Notes under the pieces: generated by a model | Database searches by the model: none | Told to the model about the DNA's origin: nothing | Seen by the model: the letters and a program-made list of their open reading frames with translations, nothing else | Program-made: the position numbers and the translations under genes | NCBI GenBank assembly: GCA_963737945.1 | Contig: CAVTUR010000010.1 | Span: 66,709 to 130,708 of the forward strand | Length of the DNA stretch: 64,000 nucleotides | Direction: 5' to 3' | Source of the DNA: Blastocatellia bacterium | Lineage (GTDB): Bacteria > Acidobacteriota > Blastocatellia > UBA7656 | Shown: piece by piece, positions 38,501-46,209 of the stretch | Numbering within the stretch: position 1 is the stretch's first letter | Layout: each line of letters opens with the position of its first letter

Positions 38501-40159
38501 TCACGAACTCTTGATCTCACCGTTCTTCGCCATGCGGCCGATGTGATCGGCAGCCCTGTAAGCAAGGGCCTGGATCGTGCACGTCGGCTGCCCTCTCCCG
38601 GATGTCACGAAGCTGCTGCCGTCGCAGATGAATAGATTCGGGACATCGTGCGCCCGATGATACTTGTTCACAACCGATCGCTTTGGATCGTTACCCATTC
38701 GGCAGGTCCCCAGCAAATGAACCCCAAACGTCTGCTCCTCGACGGGACTCGCCCACCGCTTCGTCGCACCCGCGGCTTCGAGCAACTCCATTCCGCGGTC
38801 TGAAAAGAACTTCATGATCTTGAGATCATCGGGGTGATCCTTGTAAGTCACCCGCATCGCCGGCAGCCCCCACGCGTCCTTTGCTTCCGGATCCAGCGAT
38901 ATGCTATTGCGCTCGACCGGTAGCGAGGTGGTGTGCCCGAACGTAAACATCGACCGGGTGTAATACTGTTTCAGAGCCTTCTTATATTCCGCGCCCCAAC
39001 GCGGTGTTTCGCGGGGCAGCGCTCCAAGTGCGTAGCCGATCGGATATACATCGAATCGGGTATCGATCCCGCCGCCGCCATAAAATCCGCGCTTTGGATC
39101 GGACTCGTAAAAGTCGTGGATTATTCGGGTCACCGCCACGCTCTTGAATTCATTCAACTCGTGCTCGAACGCCCCGGTCGCGAAACCACCTCCGTTGAAC
39201 ATCAGATACTTGCCGACAACGCCGCTTGAATTGGCGAGGCCCTTCGAAAACAGATTCGACTTGGAAATCAGGAGCAGCCTCGCCGTCTCGGCTCCGTTTG
39301 CGCACAACACAACGGCTTTGGCTCGCTGAAAAATCTCGGTCATCTTCTCATCGAAGTAGATCACGCCGGTCACACGGCCGGAGTTGTCTGTCTCAATCTT
39401 GCGCACATAGCTGCCCGGACGGATCTCGCAACGGCCGGTCTTTTCCGCTTCCGGAATCACGGTCGCAAGCGTGCTCGACTTTGCTTTCATCTCACAGCCG
39501 AAACCCTCACAGAACCCGCAATGCGAACAGGCGCTGCGTCCTCGATAAGGCTGGGAGATGATCGCCATCGGCGAGGGTTGCGGGTGCCAGCCAAGCTTGC
39601 GAGCGCCGTTTGCCAGAAGCGCCCCAGCGGACTTGATCGGCAGCGGCGGGAGCGGGTAGGGCCTTGAGCGCGGAGGGTCGAACGGCCCAGGCTGTCCCGA
39701 GATGCCGAGATCCCATTCGGCCTTTGTGTAATAGGGCTCGAGCTCGGCGTAGGTTATCGGCCAATCGTCGAAGCCGGTCCCTGAGATCGGCCCAAGCTTG
39801 CTTCGCTCGACGAAGTCGATTTCATGAAACCGCCAGTAGTTCGCTGTAAAGTGCGCGGTGCCCCCGCCCACCATTCGGCCGTACACGAGAGCCGGTTGAA
39901 CCCTGGCCTTCGCTCTCGGAGTCTTGCGAAAAGTATTGGGCTGTTTCTTCCAGTCGTTGGTAAGCGCCGAATTCCAGAGGTTGCTGATCTCGTCGTGATC
40001 GAAATCCTTCTCTTTCAAGTAAGGTCCCTGCTCGAGGACCACAACATTGAAACCGGCGGTGGAGAGTTCCTTGGCGATGATCCCGCCTGCGGCGCCCGCT
40101 CCGATAATCACGAAATCCACCGGTGTCTGAGTTTCATACTTTGGCTGTTGAGTACCCAT
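38501..40159 (-). CDS. GMC family oxidoreductase (FAD-dependent)
   Basis: VDFVIIGAGAAGGIIAKEL Rossmann motif and a GMC C-terminus. Start chosen at ATG 40159. A longer ORF reads through the AAGGGAG repeats. Confidence 0.8.
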   Translation of the reverse strand: MGTQQPKYETQTPVDFVIIGAGAAGGIIAKELSTAGFNVVVLEQGPYLKEKDFDHDEISNLWNSALTNDWKKQPNTFRKTPRAKARVQPALVYGRMVGGGTAHFTANYWRFHEIDFVERSKLGPISGTGFDDWPITYAELEPYYTKAEWDLGISGQPGPFDPPRSRPYPLPPLPIKSAGALLANGARKLGWHPQPSPMAIISQPYRGRSACSHCGFCEGFGCEMKAKSSTLATVIPEAEKTGRCEIRPGSYVRKIETDNSGRVTGVIYFDEKMTEIFQRAKAVVLCANGAETARLLLISKSNLFSKGLANSSGVVGKYLMFNGGGFATGAFEHELNEFKSVAVTRIIHDFYESDPKRGFYGGGGIDTRFDVYPIGYALGALPRETPRWGAEYKKALKQYYTRSMFTFGHTTSLPVERNSISLDPEAKDAWGLPAMRVTYKDHPDDLKIMKFFSDRGMELLEAAGATKRWASPVEEQTFGVHLLGTCRMGNDPKRSVVNKYHRAHDVPNLFICDGSSFVTSGRGQPTCTIQALAYRAADHIGRMAKNGEIKSS

Positions 40160-40175
40160 AATAATATGCTCGGAC

Positions 40176-40205
40176 TCTCTCTCCCTTTCTCCCTTTCTCC
40201 CTTTA
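40176..40205. repeat. AAAGGGAG x3 tandem repeat (minus-strand sense) in the 46-nt spacer between the subunit-3 gene stop and the GMC gene start
   Basis: Plus strand reads ctctctctccctttctccctttctcccttta. Confidence 0.7.
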
Positions 40206-40790
40206 TTAGGTCTCTTTGTATTCGCGATCGTAGTAACCAAACGGCGCCTTGAAGTAGAAGTCGTCCTGAAACCCAATCAGCTTCCAGCCAATCTTGTCGT
40301 AGTTGCCTCCATAAGAGGGATCTGCAAGAAAGCCCATGATCGTGTGTGTGCGAACCAACTCAAAGAAGGCATTTTTCTCAAAGGCCTTCAGCACTTTTAT
40401 CTGCTGTTCCGCGCTCAGATCGGAGAACTTCGCCGCGTTCTTGAACATCTTCTTCTGCTTTGACTGGAGCTCCTTGAGACCTTTTACGTAAACAGCCTGT
40501 TTGTCTTTATCAAACGTGGTCAGGGCGCGGTCGATGAAGTAGATCACCCTTGCCTCGCGAGCCCCGGGCGAGTCATCCGTAGGGATGATCTGTGCGGCGA
40601 CGGCTTCGATCTCTGTGGCCTGCTCAGCCGAGAGAAACTCGAATTTGACGGGCGATGCGGACTGAATAGCGCGGTGGGCGTGCTCCTGAGCGGCGACGAT
40701 CTCCGGCAGCCTCATCGCAAGCCACGCTGAGCCGACGCCTGTTAGCGATTTCATCAAAAACAATCGCCGTGACGCATCCTGCTTGTTCAT
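40206..40790 (-). CDS. gluconate 2-dehydrogenase subunit 3 family protein (Tat-signal small subunit partnering GMC oxidoreductases)
   Basis: Tat signal SRRLFLMKSLTGVGSAWLA. Family-typical ...IPTDDSPGAREARVIYFIDRAL... Confidence 0.7.
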   Translation of the reverse strand: MNKQDASRRLFLMKSLTGVGSAWLAMRLPEIVAAQEHAHRAIQSASPVKFEFLSAEQATEIEAVAAQIIPTDDSPGAREARVIYFIDRALTTFDKDKQAVYVKGLKELQSKQKKMFKNAAKFSDLSAEQQIKVLKAFEKNAFFELVRTHTIMGFLADPSYGGNYDKIGWKLIGFQDDFYFKAPFGYYDREYKET

Positions 40791-40917
40791 AAGGACCCTC
40801 TCGATGACAAACGTTGAACAGTTCCAGCCCGAAGCGCAGCGATGTGACGCTACGCGTTCTCACGATCGGTGTCAATAACCGCAAGATTCGTCGGGAGTTC
40901 GACAAGCCGCAGGGGGG

Positions 40918-41730
40918 TCAGATGTCCCGCCGTGAAAACAGAAGATACGAAAGCACAAAGCCAGACAGGGCAATACCTGCAAGCACCCACAAGTTGTGCG
41001 AGGGAATCTGAATACCCATTACCAGATCGAGCGGGCTGTAATAGCGAAACGGCGAAAGCCAGGCTATCGTTTCCGCAGGCTTCCACGCCCTCGCAAGGTA
41101 GTCTAGAAGATAAGTCGTTAGGGCCAACACTCCCGCCAGGGAACCAGCCACGCTGCGTCGCCGAGCGCGCGAAGCGATCGCCAATGCCATGCCTCCCCAA
41201 CAGAGCATCAGCACTCCGAGATTGAGCGCGAGAGACCAGATCAGGTTCGCGCTCGGCCACGTGGCGTCTCTTGGCGCGAGTGAGTACAGCCCACCCCACG
41301 TGCCCAGCATCATCATCGCTAATACAAATGCGGTGCAGATCATCATCAGCGCCACTGACCGCGTGATTACCCAATGCCTCGCCATTGGACGTGACAGAAT
41401 CAAGTCCATGAATTGGGTTTCGATTTCCGACGCCGGCTCGGTCCCGAGAGCTACTATCAACCCGACGAGCGCCCCCATCACCGCGATGTGAAAGTAGCCT
41501 ACGCAGACGATTCCCCCGAAAGACATGAGACCGACAAATGATGGTCCCATCAGATTTCTTATGAAATCAGGTATCAGCGACGACATTTGGTCAAATGAGT
41601 TCGTCCGTTGAATTGACCCAGCCACCAGGATGAGCAGGAACTGAAACGCGGCCAAAAGCACTCCAATCACCAGGACGAGCATCCTGACTCTCTTGAGAGA
41701 ATGCAGCAGAAGTGCGTACGCGCCTTTCAT
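40918..41730 (-). CDS. ABC-2 type transporter permease
   Basis: Six predicted TM helices. Start ATG 41730 overlaps the ATPase stop (ATGA). The long upstream ORF extension is arginine-rich and implausible. Confidence 0.65.
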   Translation of the reverse strand: MKGAYALLLHSLKRVRMLVLVIGVLLAAFQFLLILVAGSIQRTNSFDQMSSLIPDFIRNLMGPSFVGLMSFGGIVCVGYFHIAVMGALVGLIVALGTEPASEIETQFMDLILSRPMARHWVITRSVALMMICTAFVLAMMMLGTWGGLYSLAPRDATWPSANLIWSLALNLGVLMLCWGGMALAIASRARRRSVAGSLAGVLALTTYLLDYLARAWKPAETIAWLSPFRYYSPLDLVMGIQIPSHNLWVLAGIALSGFVLSYLLFSRRDI

Positions 41731-42662
41731 TGGATGTCTTCTCGATAGTACTTCGTCAGAACATCCTCCAGGTGAGGCTCGTCTATTTCGATGTCTCTTA
41801 TTGGAAGCCCCGAGAGCGTGGTTATCAGCCCACCCAGTCGGCCGTGCACGCGAAGGTTCCACACCCGAGGTTGTATCTCGATCACCTCGTCGCCTGGTTG
41901 TAGATCGGGTGAGCAAGCGACATCCGAGTTGAATTGCACCCGGACGCGACGCGGAGCCGCCTTTCGGACATCCTCTACAGACGACAGAAGCACAAGTTCG
42001 CCCTTCCGAAGCAGTCCGATCCGATCGCAAACTCTCTGCACTTCCGAGAGCACGTGCGATGACATGAACACCGTCCGCCCCCTCCGCTTTACTTCGGTCA
42101 ACAAGTCGTAGAACGACTCCTGCATGAGAGGGTCAAGACCCTCGGTAGGCTCATCGAGAATCAGCAGAGGTGGATCGCCCTGGAACGCCTGAATCAGTCC
42201 CAGCTTCCGCTTCATCCCCGTGCTGTATTCGCGAAGCTTGCGCTTCAAGTCTGACGCTGAGAGTTCCAATCTCTCCAGGAGCTCTTCGCGATAGTGTTCG
42301 GGCTCAGGCTGTTCGCCGAGACGCGCAAGCAATTTCAGCAGCTCGCGACCGGTCATATCACGGTACAGACCCAACTCCCCGGGAAGGTATCCGACCATCT
42401 TTCTCGCTTCGAGACCGTGAGACTGGCAATCCCAGCCCATTATGCTTGCCTGCCCCGAGCTTGGCCGAAGAAGGTCCAATAGGATCCGGATCGTCGTCGT
42501 CTTACCCGCGCCGTTCAGACCGAGGAACCCGAAGATTTCGCCTTGAGCGACATCCATCGTCAGATCCCGGACCGCAGTTAATCTGCCATAGCGTTTTGAG
42601 ATCTTATTAATAGAGATCGCTGGTTGCGCTACCGAACCTGAAGGCTTGGAGTGATCGCCCAC
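41727..42662 (-). CDS. ABC transporter ATP-binding protein
   Basis: Walker A GLNGAGKTT, signature LSTGMKRKLGL and Walker B LLILDEPTEGLD. Confidence 0.9.
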   Translation of the reverse strand: MGDHSKPSGSVAQPAISINKISKRYGRLTAVRDLTMDVAQGEIFGFLGLNGAGKTTTIRILLDLLRPSSGQASIMGWDCQSHGLEARKMVGYLPGELGLYRDMTGRELLKLLARLGEQPEPEHYREELLERLELSASDLKRKLREYSTGMKRKLGLIQAFQGDPPLLILDEPTEGLDPLMQESFYDLLTEVKRRGRTVFMSSHVLSEVQRVCDRIGLLRKGELVLLSSVEDVRKAAPRRVRVQFNSDVACSPDLQPGDEVIEIQPRVWNLRVHGRLGGLITTLSGLPIRDIEIDEPHLEDVLTKYYREDIQ

Positions 42663-42904
42663 GCCGCTATCCTATTAAACCCGCCTTAGTCAGAGCAAGT
42701 AACCGCACATCGATTTGATCCGCACGCGCAGGGCGCTTGTGAATCCAATCACTCATGATCCGATTCACTCGTTGCAATGCGCCGGATTTCGCGGTACTCT
42801 CGCGGCCTGATGGGTCCTGTCTGAAGGCTGGCTTGTGGCCGAGGCGCGAAACCGTCAAGCCGATGCGGTCCACCAAGAGATGCCTAATCGGGGGTTATGA
42901 ATAT

Positions 42905-43966
42905 ATGTCACGGGCAATAGTCACCTCAGTTCTTGTTGTTCTCGTGGTTGGCGGCTCGGCGGTCGCTCAGGAGCGAGCAGCGTTCACTGTCGGAACGGCT
43001 ACAGCCAATCGCGGTCAAAAAGTTTCCGGCGTCATCGCAGTTCCAGCCGGAGTCGACGCAGCCACCAGCATCCCCGTCGTCGTCGTTCACGGAGCGAAGC
43101 CCGGACCGGTGCTCGCCCTGGTTTCGGGCGCGCACGGTACTGAATACGCTTCGATCATCGCGCTTGAAAAGCTGATCGCGCTGCTCGACCCAGCCGAGAT
43201 ATCCGGCACCGTGATCATCGTGCCGCTCGTCAACGTTCCTTCATTCGAGCGAAAGGTCCCGCACGTCAACCCTGTCGACGGCATAAGCATGAATCGTATG
43301 TATCCCGGCAAGATGGACGGCACTCAGACCGAGCGTGCGTCCTATCTGATCACTAAACAAGTGGTCGAGCAATGCGATCACTTGATCGATCTGCACGGCG
43401 GCGATCTCGACGAGAGTCTGCGGCCCTACAGCTATTGGACAAAGACCGGCAACGAGAATCAGGACCGGATCTCGCGCGAGATGGTGCTGGCCTTTGGCCT
43501 GGATCACATCATCATTTCGGCGGACAGGCCCAAGGATCCGAACGCCTCGCGGTATCTCGAGAACACCGCCACGACTCGTGGCAAGCCCTCGCTGACCGCT
43601 GAAGCCGGCCACGCCGGAACAGTCGAGCCCGAAGACCTCTCCGGCCTCGTCGATGGCTGTTTGAGCGTGATGCGTTATCTGAAAATGCTGGCCGGCGCGC
43701 CTTCGCCGATCGAGCACCCGGTCTGGATCGAGAAGATCGTGCCGATTGTCAGCGAGCAGACGGGAATCTTCTACCCGCTGGTCAAACGCGGCACCTACGT
43801 CGAGCACGGAATGAAAGTCGGTTATGTTACCGACTATGTTGGCAAGACAATCTCCGAAGCGCGCGCAGGCGCGGCGGGAGTTGTGCTGTACATCTGCGCC
43901 GTGCCATCGATGACCAAAGGCGCGACAATCGCCAATATCGGCGTTGTCGCAATCCAGAACAAGTGA
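42905..43966 (+). CDS. secreted succinylglutamate desuccinylase/aspartoacylase (AstE/AspA, M14-like) family protein
   Basis: Signal peptide, SGAHGTEYASIIAL, MNRMYPG and IDLHGGD zinc-site blocks. Confidence 0.7.
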   Translation: MSRAIVTSVLVVLVVGGSAVAQERAAFTVGTATANRGQKVSGVIAVPAGVDAATSIPVVVVHGAKPGPVLALVSGAHGTEYASIIALEKLIALLDPAEISGTVIIVPLVNVPSFERKVPHVNPVDGISMNRMYPGKMDGTQTERASYLITKQVVEQCDHLIDLHGGDLDESLRPYSYWTKTGNENQDRISREMVLAFGLDHIIISADRPKDPNASRYLENTATTRGKPSLTAEAGHAGTVEPEDLSGLVDGCLSVMRYLKMLAGAPSPIEHPVWIEKIVPIVSEQTGIFYPLVKRGTYVEHGMKVGYVTDYVGKTISEARAGAAGVVLYICAVPSMTKGATIANIGVVAIQNK

Positions 43967-43978
43967 GAGGAAGAACCA

Positions 43979-44548
43979 ATGAGCGCAATCGCTCTTACTG
44001 ATCACCATCATTGTATCGGTTTTATCGAGAGCAGCTCGATCGCCAAAGGCATCGAGGCTACTGACGCGATGATGAAGATGGCCGACGTCGAGCTACTGAT
44101 GACGACGATCATCCCTCGCGGCAAGTATCTGATCATGATCGGCGGGAACGTGGCGGATGTTGAGTCGTCGGTGCGAGCGGGACTTCAGACCGCCGCCGGG
44201 ATGATCCTGGACCACTTCATCATTCCCAACGTCCACAGCGAGCTGTTCCCCGCGATACGAGGCCGCGTTAAAGTCGACAACGTCGAGGCCATCGGCATCA
44301 TTGAAACCAAAGAGGTAGCGCCGGCGATTTACGCCGGAGACGCCGCGGTAAAATCGGCCAACGTCAAGCTGATCGAGGCCCGCAATCAACCGGGAGGCAA
44401 AGGGCTGGTGGTGTTGGCGGGGGAGGTGGGGGCCGTGCGCACGGCGGTCGCCGCCGGCGTGGCTTCGATAAAGAAAGACGGGATGTTGATTGCAGAGGTA
44501 GTGATTCCGTATGCGCACGAGGCTGTCAGGAAAAACGTTACCGCGTAG
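43979..44548 (+). CDS. tandem BMC-domain (BMC-T, PduT-like) bacterial microcompartment shell protein
   Basis: Two BMC (PF00936-type) repeats: CIGFIESSSIAKGIEATDAMMKMADVEL...IIPNVH and AIGIIETKEVAPAIYAGDAAVKSANVKL...VIPYAH. It lies 12 nt after the AstE/AspA gene, with a GAGG RBS. Confidence 0.75.
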   Translation: MSAIALTDHHHCIGFIESSSIAKGIEATDAMMKMADVELLMTTIIPRGKYLIMIGGNVADVESSVRAGLQTAAGMILDHFIIPNVHSELFPAIRGRVKVDNVEAIGIIETKEVAPAIYAGDAAVKSANVKLIEARNQPGGKGLVVLAGEVGAVRTAVAAGVASIKKDGMLIAEVVIPYAHEAVRKNVTA

Positions 44549-44577
44549 CACTAAGATGAAACTCTTTTTCGATTGAT

Positions 44578-45426
44578 CTATCTAAACGAGTCACACCGGG
44601 CTGTATCAATCGAAATCACGGCCGCCAAAACGAATCTGAATCCGAGATACACACTCTCCATCTTTACGTTTGATACGTTGTCGCTGCTGCTGTGAAGATA
44701 CGATCGCCAGCGGCTCGTCAACCCGTGTATATCCATCGTAGGGATCCCTCTCGATTTGAATGAATGACCGTCGGAATCGGCGCCCACAAACGATGAGTGA
44801 CCAAAAGGCACTTTCATTTTTTCGGACAGAGATTCCGCAAGCAGACCCATCTTGTGGCTGGAGTTCTCATCGGTGACCTGCGGGTAGCCCATGCCAAGAC
44901 TGTCAATATTGACCATCGCGCAGTATTGCTTCTGATCGTCCTTCGGGATTGCGCGAGCCATCGCCTCGGAGCCTATCAAACCATCTTCTTCTCGCCCGAA
45001 CGCCACAAACACAAGCGTCTTATTAGGGGTGACGCTTTGGAAAGCTCGACATACGTGAGCCATTGCGACGATTCCGGTCCAGTTATCTATGGCGCCACAC
45101 CCGAGATCCACTTTGTCGTAGTGAGCCCCAATCACGATCTTCTCGTCTGAGACTCCCTTCTTTCGAACGACTACGTTTTCGACATTCTTTAGCTTTTCGA
45201 CTGTGATCTCGGATGATCGAGCGCCCATCCTTTCGAACAAGGCCAGGGCTGCCTTTTGGCGCTCCTCGTTCTTGCACGGAACGTTCTTGAACTCGTCGGC
45301 TATCTGCTCGCGGGTCGATATGACAAGCTGCCCCTGCGGTGCTCGATTCGTAACAAACGAGAATGAGCCCAAAAATCCTAAAATCACGGACATCGCTACC
45401 GGTAATTGAGATCTAGCGAAAGACAT
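44578..45426 (-). CDS. M28 family zinc aminopeptidase
   Basis: GAHYDKVD...NWTG and FVAFGREEDGLIGSEA metal-site blocks. Signal peptide. Confidence 0.7.
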   Translation of the reverse strand: MSFARSQLPVAMSVILGFLGSFSFVTNRAPQGQLVISTREQIADEFKNVPCKNEERQKAALALFERMGARSSEITVEKLKNVENVVVRKKGVSDEKIVIGAHYDKVDLGCGAIDNWTGIVAMAHVCRAFQSVTPNKTLVFVAFGREEDGLIGSEAMARAIPKDDQKQYCAMVNIDSLGMGYPQVTDENSSHKMGLLAESLSEKMKVPFGHSSFVGADSDGHSFKSRGIPTMDIHGLTSRWRSYLHSSSDNVSNVKMESVYLGFRFVLAAVISIDTARCDSFR

Positions 45427-45435
45427 ACAGAGTCT

Positions 45436-45807
45436 CTAAGCGATCAGGACACGCGTGCGAGTTTTCCCCGGAGATTGCTCCTTCGTAGAGATCCGTACTT
45501 CGACGTTGTAGCCGAGACGATTCAGGATGGCAAACAGACGGTCCGCCGAAAAGCCCGTAAGCCCGCCACGCATCAACTGCGATACTTTTGGCTGATCCAA
45601 TCCCACACGTTCAGCGGCCTGAGCCTGCGTCCAACCTTTAGACTGAATCAACCGAGAGATCTTGATCGCGAGTTGCGCCTTCCACATCCGATCGTCGGCG
45701 TCACGGAATCCAAGATCAGCAAAGACGTTTCCGCTGCCGCGTTCAACCTTCTCAACCTTCTTCGTCCGATCTTTTCTTGTCTTGTTACCGCCAACCTCGC
45801 TATTCAT
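45436..45807 (-). CDS. XRE-family HTH antitoxin (HigA-like partner of Gp49/RelE-ParE toxins)
   Basis: SGNVFADLGF N-terminal motif typical of these antitoxins. HTH WTQAQAAERVGLDQPKVSQLMRG. Start chosen at MNSEVGG. Confidence 0.65.
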   Translation of the reverse strand: MNSEVGGNKTRKDRTKKVEKVERGSGNVFADLGFRDADDRMWKAQLAIKISRLIQSKGWTQAQAAERVGLDQPKVSQLMRGGLTGFSADRLFAILNRLGYNVEVRISTKEQSPGKTRTRVLIA

Positions 45808-45943
45808 TAGTTGCGTCCCTCTTTCCCATCTGACCGCGTAAGGCATATCCCATCGCGTTCCTCACCTCGCCGGGAAACTCTTTGAAGTCCTTCCTCGAAG
45901 ATCCTACCCAATCTAAGTCCTTGATCTTTGAGACCTCTCCCAC
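45800..45943 (-). pseudogene. C-terminally truncated Gp49-like (RelE/ParE superfamily, HigB-type) toxin remnant
   Basis: Minus-strand frame gives (V/M)GEVSKIKDLDWVGSSRKDFKEFPGEVRNAMGYALRGQMGKRDATNE*. This matches only the N-terminal ~45 residues of ~110-aa family members (the ...LEWIGSSLDDLK..P..VR...GY.L...Q.G block). The stop overlaps the antitoxin start. Confidence 0.5.
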
Positions 45944-46209
45944 GGTCCCAATTATTCTATATCTGGCATACCAGGTCAACTTGTTTCGGATTCAATTAAC
46001 TCACAGCGCCTAATGCCCGACCGTCGGAGCGTCCTATCCTGGTTTGTGTTCGTGCTGACCGCCGTGGCAGCATGTTCAAGCCATCACAGATCGCCATAGT
46101 TCCTGTTCTTGCCCAGAAACCGGGAACTAAACCCGACGGAACGTAGTTTAACCGTTCAACCAGGCGCAGTAATCAGAGGCGGAAAACTTAATAACCCGGA
46201 GGCTGGATC

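Noticed and set aside
40918-42030. 370-aa version of the ABC-2 permease with a 100-residue N-terminal extension
   Set aside because: The extension is arginine-rich and reads antisense-like across the ATPase gene. A start at ATG 41730 overlaps the ATPase stop (ATGA), which fits an operon.
43979-44548. Calling the region a bacterial microcompartment locus
   Set aside because: Only a single shell gene is present. There is no pentamer, no second shell paralog and no encapsulated-enzyme signature within the window. It is reported as an orphan shell gene instead.
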